From Histomonas meleagridis 2922-C6/04-290x (Eukaryota; Protista; Parabasalia), in contig JAANOX010000247.1 in NCBI GenBank assembly GCA_020184695.1, forward strand, positions 62,001 to 126,000: DNA of 64,000 nucleotides, given 5' to 3'. This document shows, piece by piece, positions 11,039-21,457 of this stretch. A model generated the notes under the pieces. It did not search any database, was not told the origin of the DNA, and saw only the letters and a program-made list of their open reading frames with translations. Made by a program: the position numbers and the translations under genes. Within the stretch, counting starts at the first letter, position 1, and every line of letters starts with the position of its first letter.

Positions 11039-12391
11039 TTATTCTCCTTTGATTTGTTTGATTTCTGCTTCGAGTTGAGCGATCTTTGCCTTTTGTTCCT
11101 CTATTGTCTTGTTTAATGACATAAGTTGTTGCTTGAGTGCTTCAACATCTTCTTGTGGAGCAGCCTCAACCTTGAAATCGGAAACTACATCTGAGAGCTT
11201 AAAGTTCTCGAGATTTACAAGTTTGGGCTTAACCTCAGCACCGTTCTTCCAGTCGTCGAACTCAGCTGATGGTTCTGGGCCGACTGTATCTGGGTAGATA
11301 TCTTCTTGGAAGCATTCTGCATTACGACGTGGAACAATCATTGGTACATGGAGGAGTGCCTTTGAGTTGGTGATGACATAGAATGGCATGATTTCGCAGA
11401 TGGATGTGTTGCAGCAATACTTAGGTTGACATGCAACGCAACGAATGGCTTCTTGCATTTGTGTTCCGGAGAGTGGCATGATTGGATGTTTGAGGTCATC
11501 ATCACGAAGTTCATAGTACTTAGCAGCAGTATCACCACGACCAAATGTGAAGACAACACCATTGTCATAATCAATGAATGGGAAGAGAATACCTGCGTTG
11601 TAGTCAACATCTTCTTCTTGGAGTGGTTTCTCTGGGTTACGTTCATCACGAAGAGCGATTTGACGAGCAGCACGTGATGAGAAACCAGTTGTGAAGATAT
11701 AGTGGAGCTTGTCATAGAAGACAGCATGGGAAGATTTGATGTTTTGGTGTCCTGGAACTGCAACAATTTCGTTACCAGCCCTCATATCGTAGATGTGGAT
11801 CTTCTTATCTTTGGCTGGGGCAACAAGACGATTACCATCTTGAGACCAGGCGATATCAAGGAAGTTCTGGTTGTTAGTAGCACCTTTAATTGTGGTGACG
11901 CATTGGGCCTTGTTGATATCCCAAAGTTTGATGGAGTTTTCCATACCAAAGGAAGCCATAGCTCCATTGACAAGTGGGTTAAATGTGATACGTGCAGCCT
12001 TACGACCATGGCCAGTCAAGGTGGCTAATTGTTGGTTGTGATTTGGCTTGACTTTACCATCGCTTTCTTCAATCTTCCAGAGGCGGATGGTGGAATCTTC
12101 AGAAGCAGAAGCAACGATGTTGTCAGCAAATGGATTGAAGGCAACATCAATAACTGGTGCCTTGTGACCTTCGAAGAGTGGGCAAGTGTTTCCAATTTTG
12201 CCCTTTCCACCTACTTTAAGAATACCAAGTGCGCCGCCACCATTGGTTTGCCATGGGATTGCAATGTAGCGAGCGTTGACAGCAAGCATGTTGGAGTCAA
12301 CTTGCGCGCTGTGTACAAGGACGTCGCCGTAGCTGTCTACTGGTCTGGATGGCTCACCATAAACATGACGGAAGAGTGATGCTCTGGTCAT
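11039..12391 (-). CDS. CORO: Coronin (WD40 beta-propeller plus C-terminal coiled coil)
   Basis: N-terminal SLFRHVYGEP, WD repeats (GHKAPVIDVAFNPF, SEDSTIRLW), VPRRNAECFQEDIYPDT, C-terminal coiled coil. Codon usage is that of a highly expressed gene. Confidence 0.97.
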   Translation of the reverse strand: MTRASLFRHVYGEPSRPVDSYGDVLVHSAQVDSNMLAVNARYIAIPWQTNGGGALGILKVGGKGKIGNTCPLFEGHKAPVIDVAFNPFADNIVASASEDSTIRLWKIEESDGKVKPNHNQQLATLTGHGRKAARITFNPLVNGAMASFGMENSIKLWDINKAQCVTTIKGATNNQNFLDIAWSQDGNRLVAPAKDKKIHIYDMRAGNEIVAVPGHQNIKSSHAVFYDKLHYIFTTGFSSRAARQIALRDERNPEKPLQEEDVDYNAGILFPFIDYDNGVVFTFGRGDTAAKYYELRDDDLKHPIMPLSGTQMQEAIRCVACQPKYCCNTSICEIMPFYVITNSKALLHVPMIVPRRNAECFQEDIYPDTVGPEPSAEFDDWKNGAEVKPKLVNLENFKLSDVVSDFKVEAAPQEDVEALKQQLMSLNKTIEEQKAKIAQLEAEIKQIKGE

Positions 12392-12738
12392 ATAAAAAAA
12401 TGCTGTAAAATAATTAGCTCAAAAAGTTATTCTCAGAAAAGCAAAAAAGGATGAACATTTCTGTTAAACGAAGTATACAAATTTGAATTGATTAGTTAAA
12501 AAAATTGAAAGAAGTGATCACTTCTTGAAAGAACGTTCTTAGTCCTTCATAGTCACTTTTTTAACTTTTAATAATAAATATCGAGCCATTACAGGTATTA
12601 AATCTTAAATAACATTTATTAAATTCATATCCAATATTTTTTACATTTGATTTTATTTTTTGAATGAAAAATATTTAAAAAGTAAAACAAAATTTGTATT
12701 TTGGTTATGGATGCAAAACCGCCACGTAAGTGTCAAAA

Positions 12739-12828
12739 AAATTGAATCAATTCAATTTGCTCTCAATTTTTCTGATATCAGAAAACTTGCTAACAAAAAG
12801 TGGTCAGGATATAAACACCACTTTTTGT
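12739..12828. repeat. Cluster of three adjacent inverted repeats
   Basis: aaattgaat/attcaattt (12739-47/12750-58); perfect 18-bp palindrome ttttctgatatcagaaaa (12768-85); acaaaaagtggt/accactttttgt (12793-804/12817-28). Confidence 0.85.
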
Positions 12829-13039
12829 AAATATGATGTGTGTATGGTGTATCAACTTCTCCATTTAAAGAAAATCAAAATAATAATAAAAAAATAACAT
12901 GTGAATATTTTTAAAAAGAAGGAAGTGATGCCTCATATAAATTTCGAATTTTTTTTTGTGATTTGAAAATTCATTTTTTGGATTCTTTTTTCTTTATGCA
13001 AATAATAATTAGAATATAGAGACTTTATAAGTTACAGAA

Positions 13040-13945
13040 TTACTTTTCATTTAATGCTTCTTGGAGGATAGAATCCGGATCCTTAAGTTCAAGAACAGGA
13101 ATCATTCCGTCAGTTGTTCCAGAAATATCATCAGGTTTCGTGTAGACAGGGTTTTCCTGTTCATCATAATAAGATCCGCACTTAAACATATCATCAACCC
13201 AAACTCCTTCAAGTCTCCTTTGAGTTTTTTTGATGTGTAGAACGCCAGGGCCATTACGTTTATCATCCTTGTAGATCCCAGTGAATACATCTCCATTGAC
13301 TTTTGTCATTTCGCCTTTTCCATTTCTCATGTCATTAAACCATTCACCTGAATATGTATCGTCATTAGCATAAAACATTGTACCTTGTCCCGACTTTTTC
13401 CCTTTTACGTATTCTCCCTGATATGTATTTCCATCTTTGTCGTATTGAGTTCCTGATCCCCATTTTTTACCTCTACGCCATTCCCCAGAGTAAAGAAGCC
13501 ACCTACCTTCAAGCTCACAGTTGGTTTCATTGGACCAAAGGTAATAGTCTCCTTGACCTTCGTATTGGTCATCGACAAATTCCCCTTCATAAATTCCTTC
13601 TGCAGTACAATGAGTTCCATGACCATGGCGAAGGTTGTCTTGCCATTCCCCAATATATTCGGTTCCATCATCAAGAACAATTAACTGACGCATGCCATTT
13701 TTGTTAGCTAATGTATCTATCCTTTGAGATTTTGTTTGAGGTCTGGCACTAGAATTTCTTGAATTTCCAAATCTTTGTAAAGCATACTTTTTGCTAGATA
13801 AATGACATGATGGGTTTGGCTTTCTTTTTTTGATTCGCTCTTGAATAACTTTTGGAGATACACCATCAAATTGATTGATATATGCTTGCATATTTGATGA
13901 TGTCCCAGAGAGAATTTCTTTTTCATTGTTGGTTGTTGTGCTCAT
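13040..13945 (-). CDS. MORN3: MORN-repeat protein, MORN3-like
   Basis: Tandem YxGEWxxGxxxGxG repeats and C-terminal IPVLELKDPDSILQEA resembling the MORN3 tail. Confidence 0.8.
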   Translation of the reverse strand: MSTTTNNEKEILSGTSSNMQAYINQFDGVSPKVIQERIKKRKPNPSCHLSSKKYALQRFGNSRNSSARPQTKSQRIDTLANKNGMRQLIVLDDGTEYIGEWQDNLRHGHGTHCTAEGIYEGEFVDDQYEGQGDYYLWSNETNCELEGRWLLYSGEWRRGKKWGSGTQYDKDGNTYQGEYVKGKKSGQGTMFYANDDTYSGEWFNDMRNGKGEMTKVNGDVFTGIYKDDKRNGPGVLHIKKTQRRLEGVWVDDMFKCGSYYDEQENPVYTKPDDISGTTDGMIPVLELKDPDSILQEALNEK

Positions 13946-14201
13946 TTATTGTACGTTATTTCATTGAGAAATGTTATATGAAAAATGACAATTTCAGCAC
14001 TCATTTGCGTTTCATCATTTTTCCAGGCTATTTTCATTAACTTAATTACATTTTTTGTTTGCACTGATAAAAGATAGGAATTTACAAAAAATAACCAATT
14101 ATGATGTAAAGTAAAATTTTATGAATTTTAAAATTGTATTACTCATGTTATTTAAACAATCAAATTATTTTTTAAATTTACAAAAAACCACATAAAATTT
14201 A

Positions 14202-14957
14202 TTAATAAGAATGAAAATTCAACATTTTTGAAGACATTGGAGAATAGCATGAATATCCTTTTGGTAAAGTTGGGCTTTCTAAACAAAAATTAGGAAATGC
14301 TTGGGGTAGTGGACGAAGCTTTCCATGGCTATTTTGAAATATTTCAATGTTCTGATCAAATAATTGTTTTTGTTTTGAAAGTTCTCCGTTTTTTTGGAAC
14401 GTTGGGTCAAGCATTTTTGTGTATCCACCCTCACAGTATTCTTTGTGCTCTTCATAAAATTGTTGATATCCTCCATCAAGAACATAAACAAAAGGGTAAA
14501 ACAAATTAGGATGTTCATTCATATCACGATCTATTTCCCGAAATATTTGTGCCAAAGAAGGACCGCGGTATGAAGAAAATTCACAATGAAATATAATCAC
14601 AGAATTTGGAATTATCTCATCAAAAAATAAACTATAAAAATCTAATGGCGAGTTAATGTTAACTGATCCTTTGATGTGACCACCAGCGCATTCATAAGAA
14701 AATCTGTTATCAAGGATAAATAATTGTTCATAATATTTGTCATAGACACCATCCAAAAGATCACAAAGAGTATCGCCTGTGATTCGCAGAATTGGTTCTT
14801 TAGGAGGAAGAGTTGGAACAAAATGTTGAATCTTTGAACTTGTGTAGCCAAATGAAACATCATCGTCTAAAATCATATCGCATGTTGGATCGATAATTAT
14901 ATCATCTAACTGTGGAAGTGGAAATGAGCTTTGACCAAAAGTATCTCCACTTTCCAT
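14202..14957 (-). CDS. CDC25: Cdc25-like rhodanese-domain phosphatase
   Basis: ILDNRFSYECAGGHIKGSVNI and catalytic HCEFSSYRGP; YVLDGGY. Confidence 0.93.
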   Translation of the reverse strand: MESGDTFGQSSFPLPQLDDIIIDPTCDMILDDDVSFGYTSSKIQHFVPTLPPKEPILRITGDTLCDLLDGVYDKYYEQLFILDNRFSYECAGGHIKGSVNINSPLDFYSLFFDEIIPNSVIIFHCEFSSYRGPSLAQIFREIDRDMNEHPNLFYPFVYVLDGGYQQFYEEHKEYCEGGYTKMLDPTFQKNGELSKQKQLFDQNIEIFQNSHGKLRPLPQAFPNFCLESPTLPKGYSCYSPMSSKMLNFHSY

Positions 14958-15639
14958 TTTTACGTACGTTTATTCCATTTTTAAACGCACAGATTTTTTC
15001 ATAAAGAGTCTTATGGTCAATTTTCTTAAAAATTAACCAAATTTATGCTTGTCTGAAACAAACTGTGTTAAAGAGAATTTTATGAACATTTAAATGCTTT
15101 GGTTATAAATAACTAAAACTTTTTCTTTATTCTTATCAAAGTTTCCATACAACAATATTTTTTTATTTATAAAAAATACATTATAGGCTTTCTTAGAAAA
15201 AAGGAATATTCCTTATATTGATATAAAATATTGCAAACATCTCAAAAATCTCAATTTGTTTATTGAAAATAAAAAATTATTTATGACGATTTACTAAAAT
15301 GAAGCTTCTTAATGATAATTATACATGAAATTAATACATTTACTGAAACAATAATAATTATCGTTATTTGTTATCAATAGATAAATCAAGTGCACTTTAT
15401 TTATTTTCGAAAAAAAAAAAGGATTTTATATATATATTTAATATATATTATTTAGTTAATATATATATATATATATAGTTAATTTTCGGATAAATCATGT
15501 TATGCTACTAACGCAGGAACAAATTCGCAGAAAATGAAAATAATTCGAGGTAAACTTAATTTATTAATCATTTAAAACGCTAAAAAATTAACATTTTTTT
15601 TTTCTATTTTATTCTATATTTGTTTTCATTAAATTTAAT

Positions 15640-17814
15640 TTATTCTGAAGATTCTGAACTTGATGATTCATATTCTGATTCTGATGAATTAGAATAACTT
15701 GATGAAGAACTTGATTTGCTTGAAGAACTTTGTGAATCACTTGATTTGCTTGAAGAACTTTGTGAATCACTTGATTTGCTTGAAGAACTTTGTGAATCAC
15801 TTGAGTGCTTTAGTGAGTTATATGAGTGACTTTGTGAATCGCTTGAGTGTTTTAGTGAGTTACTTGAATAACTTTGTGAATCGCTTGAATGATCGAGTGA
15901 ATTATTTGAATGGCTCTGTGAATCGCTTGAATGATCCAGTGAATCATTTGAATAACTCTGTGAATAATTTGAATGGCTATGCGAATACTTTGAATGAATT
16001 TGAATGTGGTTTGAATAACTCTGTGAATAGTTTGAATAGCTTTGCGGATGATTTGAATAGCTCTGAGAATAATTTGAATTATTAAGCGAATAGTTCATTG
16101 AATAATTTGAATAAGCAGGTGAGTAACTTGGGTAACCCGATGGATAATTTAATACATAATTAGCTTGATTCAATGAAGAATCTGAGTAATAAGAATTTTC
16201 ATTATATTCGTCATAATCTAAAGTTAATCTTTCATTTTCATTAAATTTCATGGAGTCACTCATTTCATCATTTGATGAATCGAAAAATATGAATCTTTCT
16301 TGTGACTTTAGAGGCTCTGGTAATCTTTGTACATCCTTTAAGAATGAACTGCTTAAAAAATCATATGAAGCATTGCTATTACTGTTATTATTTTTAATGA
16401 TTTTCTTCCTTGGAGTTTTCTTTTTTACACTTTTCACTTGTCTTATAATCTTTGGCTTCTTCTTATTTCTTATTTGCCTTTTAATTATTGGCTTCTTCTT
16501 GGTGTTTTGTTTTTGTTTTATTGGTTGACTTAAATCATTTGAATTTTGATTTGTTATTGGCCTTAACATTTCATTTAATCTTTCTCTTTTCTTTAATATC
16601 ATCAATTCTTGCTCTCGTGATAACGTTACTCTTGACCCAATTGTCTTCATCAAATAATTAAATATTCGCGTTGCATATTTATCTGGTGGTATAGTACTAA
16701 TTTGATCATCTGTATACATTATGGATTTAAATGTATGTTCCGCTTTCTTTCGTGAGTTAAAAGTTTGTAAAAAATCAACAAAACCTATAAAATATATTTG
16801 GGAAAGAGGTTCATTTTTGAGATTAGTTGCACGAAGTCCTCCACAAAATGAAAGTAATTTATTTCTATCTGTGATTGAATTTGTTAATATAGAAAACGAT
16901 TCATTATCGGTTTCACTTTCATTTTCAATTTCGTTTGGTGTAAATATATTTAATATTTCGATCTTTTCGCCCGGTGATGGATTTAATACAGGTGACCGTG
17001 GACTAAATCTATGTATACCTATAAGAAGTGAATAATCAACAAGTCCACATGATGATAGAAAGTTTGTGTCATCTAAAAATTGAGTTCGAAGTAAAGACCA
17101 ATCATGTGGACCAATTGCAAGATATTGCCTTCCAGAAAATTCTGTGTCTTTCATAGTAACTCCAGGTTTGCCTTTTTTGTCTGGTGGCACTGAGCGGCCT
17201 ACTGTTGAACCTTTAAGCTCAAATTTGTAATACAAACGATAACTTGTTGGAAAAACATTATTCAGGACAATAAAGTGAACAGTGCCATTTGTTGGAGTTT
17301 TGATGCGATAAACTCCATAAAATTGACTGATAAGAGTATCGGGATGTGTTGTAACATATTGAAAATATTTTGGCAAAATATCAAAAAGAACTGTAAGCTC
17401 TTCTTCTGTAATGGCAGTGAGGAGATAGCGACCATCCCATGAGGAAAAAACTATAGGATGATTTTGATTAATGGATTCTATTTCTAAGGGCATTTTTTTT
17501 ATTGTCAGAGATGAAAGAAAATCTTCATTGGTTATACCAAAAAATTTACGGAGGTGTATAAAAACGAATGGGCAATAGGATTTGAATTGGTATTTTCCAG
17601 AATTATCTGATGAACAATGTTTCCCTTTACGCGGCATTTCAATTCTCATGAATTCACTGAAATGTGAATCTTGAATTTCGGGAGTAGGTTTTGATGAAAT
17701 ACGATTAATGTGAACTTTAATACTTTGTAACAGTCCATAAACACGATCGTAATTTTTAGATGTTATTTCCATTGTGCGTCCAACGGTAGGAAGTTGATTG
17801 TTGCTCTTGGTCAT
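15640..17814 (-). CDS. Phosphatidylinositol phosphate kinase (PIP5K family) with basic linker and Ser-rich repeat tail
   Basis: FKSYCPFVFIHLRKFFGI, HPDTLISQFYG, FELKGSTVGR, LVDYSLLIGIH, YFIGFVDFLQTF, PPDKYATR. Confidence 0.93.
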   Translation of the reverse strand: MTKSNNQLPTVGRTMEITSKNYDRVYGLLQSIKVHINRISSKPTPEIQDSHFSEFMRIEMPRKGKHCSSDNSGKYQFKSYCPFVFIHLRKFFGITNEDFLSSLTIKKMPLEIESINQNHPIVFSSWDGRYLLTAITEEELTVLFDILPKYFQYVTTHPDTLISQFYGVYRIKTPTNGTVHFIVLNNVFPTSYRLYYKFELKGSTVGRSVPPDKKGKPGVTMKDTEFSGRQYLAIGPHDWSLLRTQFLDDTNFLSSCGLVDYSLLIGIHRFSPRSPVLNPSPGEKIEILNIFTPNEIENESETDNESFSILTNSITDRNKLLSFCGGLRATNLKNEPLSQIYFIGFVDFLQTFNSRKKAEHTFKSIMYTDDQISTIPPDKYATRIFNYLMKTIGSRVTLSREQELMILKKRERLNEMLRPITNQNSNDLSQPIKQKQNTKKKPIIKRQIRNKKKPKIIRQVKSVKKKTPRKKIIKNNNSNSNASYDFLSSSFLKDVQRLPEPLKSQERFIFFDSSNDEMSDSMKFNENERLTLDYDEYNENSYYSDSSLNQANYVLNYPSGYPSYSPAYSNYSMNYSLNNSNYSQSYSNHPQSYSNYSQSYSNHIQIHSKYSHSHSNYSQSYSNDSLDHSSDSQSHSNNSLDHSSDSQSYSSNSLKHSSDSQSHSYNSLKHSSDSQSSSSKSSDSQSSSSKSSDSQSSSSKSSSSSSYSNSSESEYESSSSESSE
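15710..16091 (-). repeat. Graded coding tandem repeats in the PIP5K tail (30-, 42- and 21-nt units)
   Basis: 3x30 nt (SSDSQSSSSK, 15710-15800), 4x42 nt (SSDSQSHSxNSLxH, ~15798-15965), ~6x21 nt (SNYSQSY, ~15966-16091). Confidence 0.9.
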
Positions 17815-19221
17815 TGTAGATTTTTGGGCTTTTAGTTTGAATTCAAATGACCAACGTTTTTGAGTGTACGTTAATGGTCATTTTAGCACTTTTATTTCTG
17901 GGAAAAATGAACATAAATTCATTTTGTGACATTTCTAATGTAATATTTTCCAAAAGATTTATTAATAATGTAAGAATATGATGTGTTCTGAATGTCTTTT
18001 TTTAAGTATATTTGAAATTTTACATGATATCATAATTTTTTCTAAAACAAATAGTTCTGGTTCATAAAATATGTGATATCATGTTTTGATTCAAATTTGA
18101 ATTGCAATCGTTATCATTCCGATTTTATGTATCGTTTTTCTGGTACATTGAAAGCTTTCAATCGATCAGTAAACAATTTGTAAAAACCGGTTTTCGGCTA
18201 TATCATTTTTTTATCTAAATGTGTTTCAGAAATAGAATCATAAAACAAATATAGCCATTTTCACATATATTCCAATATAATTTGATGTAAGTATTATATG
18301 AAATTTGATTAGATAAATAATTTTTTCATGAATTTTGATTGCTCACATTTCGTTAAAAAATTGGGTTAAAGCACCATCATATGGAAGATTAGTCATCACA
18401 TTTCCCGTACTATAATATTAAAATTAAAGAATTTCATAAGATAGACCTTTATTCAAGAAATAAGAAAATTATTAATTCATATCTCAATAAATAAGATCTG
18501 ATTCAAAAATCTGTTTTGTGAAAATATTGTAAATTAGTTTAACTAATTAACGAAAAAATTTTGACTCTGGAAAATCCATATTGATTTCTATAGAGAACTA
18601 GTCTAGACAAGCTTTAATAATGACTTTTTGTATATTTTACGTACTGTTGTTAAGGTCTTAACAATTTGAATACCAAAGATTTTAGGCCTTTCAATCCAAC
18701 GGCTATAAACTTTTTCCGTGGAAATCCACTTTTTGTGCTTTGCATAGCGGTTTGAATACGTTATAACCTATCGTAAATGTAAACAGAAGACAGAAATTTA
18801 TTGTTTCATTTACTTACATTGCAAAACCCAGATTGTTACACCCAATATGCTCAATAGCTTATATTCATTTCAATATAAATTTTTTGAGAAAAATAAATCA
18901 AATCTGATGCATCTTCCATTACAATGAGAAATGTGCTTCAGGAAGCATTTACTTCATCAGGGTACTCATTTCTTCAATTTTTGATCAAAAACTAACTTTT
19001 TGTTATTTCTATCGCCTATAAAACATTTTACATTTTCAAGAAATCAGAAATTATTAGTGAACCAAAAATCGTAAAATTATTCGATTTCAATTTCACCAAA
19101 AAAATTTGTAAACTATCTGTTTTACATAGTGTGCAATATTCAGAAAATAGTTCAGATAAAAAATTAGTGATTTAACAGAAGGTTCCATATAAAAAATATT
19201 TTTCGTTCATTGCATTTGTGA

Positions 19222-19284
19222 AAAGTGACATCTGCCCTCTTTTTTGTAATGTTATGAAAAAATTCAATACCGTTCATTACGGTT
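19222..19284 (+). promoter_or_regulatory. Trichomonad-type core promoter words upstream of the Rab
   Basis: AAAGTGAC (19222-29), Inr-like TCATT (19274-78) and ACGGTT (19279-84), 20-80 nt before the ATG at 19304. Confidence 0.55.
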
Positions 19285-19303
19285 TTTACAATAAATTTTT
19301 GTC

Positions 19304-19879
19304 GTGATGTCGATCAAGGGTAAAGTCGTATTCGTTGGAGATTCAGGCGTTGGTAAAACCAGTGTAATCAATAATTTTAGCAAAAACGAGGTGGCACCCG
19401 ACCCAACAATTGGGTCAAACACTATATCATGTAGTTATGAATTAGATGATACAGTGGTATGTTTTTCTGTATGGGACACTGCTGGACAAGATGATTTTCG
19501 TACCCTTGTTCCATTCTATGCTAAAGGAGCTCAAGTTGTTATCCTATGCTATGATGTCACATCAAAAGATTCATTCAATAATCTTCCTGAATGGATCAAT
19601 TTTCTCAAGGACAAGAGCGGTGTTGATAATATTTTTTTAGTCGAAAACAAAATTGATCTTCAGCGCGAAGTATCATTACAAGAAGCTCAAGAATTCGCCG
19701 AAGACAAAGGGATGAAGTTTTTCCAAACATCAGCTAAGACTAGTGAAGGTATAAATTCCCTTTTCCAAGCGATTGCAAGAGAAGTTAACAATGGTAATGA
19801 CGCACCAGAACAAGAAACAACGCAAACAGTCAAATTCACGCCAGCGCAACCGAAAAAGAAGAAGAAGTTCCAGTGCTGA
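19304..19879 (+). CDS. Rab-family small GTPase (divergent)
   Basis: GDSGVGKTS, WDTAGQ, NKID, TSAK; tail KKKKFQC. Confidence 0.95.
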   Translation: MMSIKGKVVFVGDSGVGKTSVINNFSKNEVAPDPTIGSNTISCSYELDDTVVCFSVWDTAGQDDFRTLVPFYAKGAQVVILCYDVTSKDSFNNLPEWINFLKDKSGVDNIFLVENKIDLQREVSLQEAQEFAEDKGMKFFQTSAKTSEGINSLFQAIAREVNNGNDAPEQETTQTVKFTPAQPKKKKKFQC

Positions 19880-20286
19880 TTAAACTTATTTTGATAATAA
19901 ATCCGATATATCTTTGGTATAACCAATTTGACAAATTTCGCATAACCAATTCCTAAATTTTTTTTTGGCTACTTGAGGAAATTTTAAAGGAGCTTAAATA
20001 ATATATCATTTAAATTAAAGATGTTTTTGATGTGCAATATTAAAATTGATTTTTCAAAATTCAAAACCATTAGATAAAAATATTGTATGTAAGTTGGTAG
20101 CAAACACCTTGTAAAATTATTCTTGGGTCTTCAATGATTAATATTCCTATACAAAACTAAAATTTATAAACAAGTTATTTTTCATTAAAATTCACAATCC
20201 AGAAATCTGGTAAGAAATTCTTTTTACAATTTCTTTGTGTCATTACGTGTTAATAAGAATATAACTTTATTTAAGATTCAGAAGTT

Positions 20287-20853
20287 TTAACAACAAGACT
20301 TCTCTTCAACATCAACTGTTGGCTTAATGGTTACTTCTGCTTTGTTTTCAGCTGTTACAGTTGATTGATGGATTTGTTCGGCAATTGTATAAAACAGTAC
20401 ATCTACGTTTTGACCAGATTTTGCTGAAGTCAAAAAGTACTTTAGTTTACGTTCTTCTGCGTATTCGATAACTTCATCAAGTGGTACTTCATATTGAAGG
20501 TCAATTTTGTTTGCAACAAGATACGTTGTGTGTACGCTGCAGTTTTCGGCTAGGAACTCAATCCATTTATCAATATTTGAGAACGATTGTCGATTCGTGA
20601 TATCAAAAACAATAATAGCAATTTGAGCACCTTTGACAAACATAGGAACAAGACAACGGTAATCTTCTTGCCCAGCAGTATCCCATGCATTAAATGTTAC
20701 AGGTGTTCCGTTGTAATCAACGGTGCATGATATTGAACTTGATGCAATCGTTGTTTCGATCGGATCGGTTTTGTTTGTGTACTTGTAAATGATGCTTGTT
20801 TTGCCTACACTTGCATCACCCACAAAAACAACCTTCCCTTGGACGTAAGACAT
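20287..20853 (-). CDS. Rab-family small GTPase (divergent)
   Basis: GDASVGKTS, WDTAGQEDY, NKID, TSAK; C-terminal CC prenylation motif. Confidence 0.95.
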   Translation of the reverse strand: MSYVQGKVVFVGDASVGKTSIIYKYTNKTDPIETTIASSSISCTVDYNGTPVTFNAWDTAGQEDYRCLVPMFVKGAQIAIIVFDITNRQSFSNIDKWIEFLAENCSVHTTYLVANKIDLQYEVPLDEVIEYAEERKLKYFLTSAKSGQNVDVLFYTIAEQIHQSTVTAENKAEVTIKPTVDVEEKSCC

Positions 20854-21457
20854 TTTTGCAGGCGGTTTATTTAACGTTCAACATAAAGGCAAAATCTACA
20901 AAAAGCGGTTAAATTCAGGGTGCCACAAAAGCCAACAAAAGTTCTTTTCAACCATCAAAAGTGACAAAACATCTCAAAAAGTGGTATCGGGGGAACGATA
21001 ATGAACTATGAAATTCACATTTGCCACTTTTGGTGATTAGAAATTTCATTCAGAAAATACTGGTGGTTCGATAGAAATTTAGCATCACATTTCATGGTAA
21101 TTATTAAATCCAATTTTTTGAAAAATTCTATGTTTATTTTTCGATTACTCCAGTATCTCCATGCGCTTTGCATATATACTATATATTATATAATACAAAT
21201 ATGTTAAAGAAATATGGCTCCTATCATTTTCGAAAAAAACATCTAATTTTTTTTTTTTTTTTTGCCCAAAATAAAAAACTCTATTTATAAGTTTAAAATA
21301 ATTTTTTATTAATTTAGAGAAAAAGTGAAATTAATTTTGTTTACACTACTCTGAAATGGATTTAATTCAGATAAATTTCATCTTCTCTTATTTTCATTTA
21401 CGACAAAAATAAACATTAAAACAATATATGAATCAACATTTTTATTATATTTCATCA

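Noticed and set aside
15421-15480. (AT)n microsatellite-like tract
   Set aside because: Common low-complexity sequence in an AT-rich genome.
15506-15516. TACTAACGCAG branch-point/acceptor-like word
   Set aside because: It is intergenic on the plus strand, with no upstream donor or flanking exons.
15609-16085. ORFs 15699-16085 (+) and 15609-15800 (-)
   Set aside because: They are alternate-frame or antisense products of the PIP5K tandem repeats.
18600-18990. Possible transposase remnant on the minus strand (KWISTEKVYSRWIERPKIFG; FLIVMEDAS)
   Set aside because: The fragments are short and stop-ridden, with no TIRs or convincing catalytic spacing.
21061-21080. GGTTCGA T-loop-like word
   Set aside because: There is no cloverleaf stem or A-box context, so it is not a tRNA.
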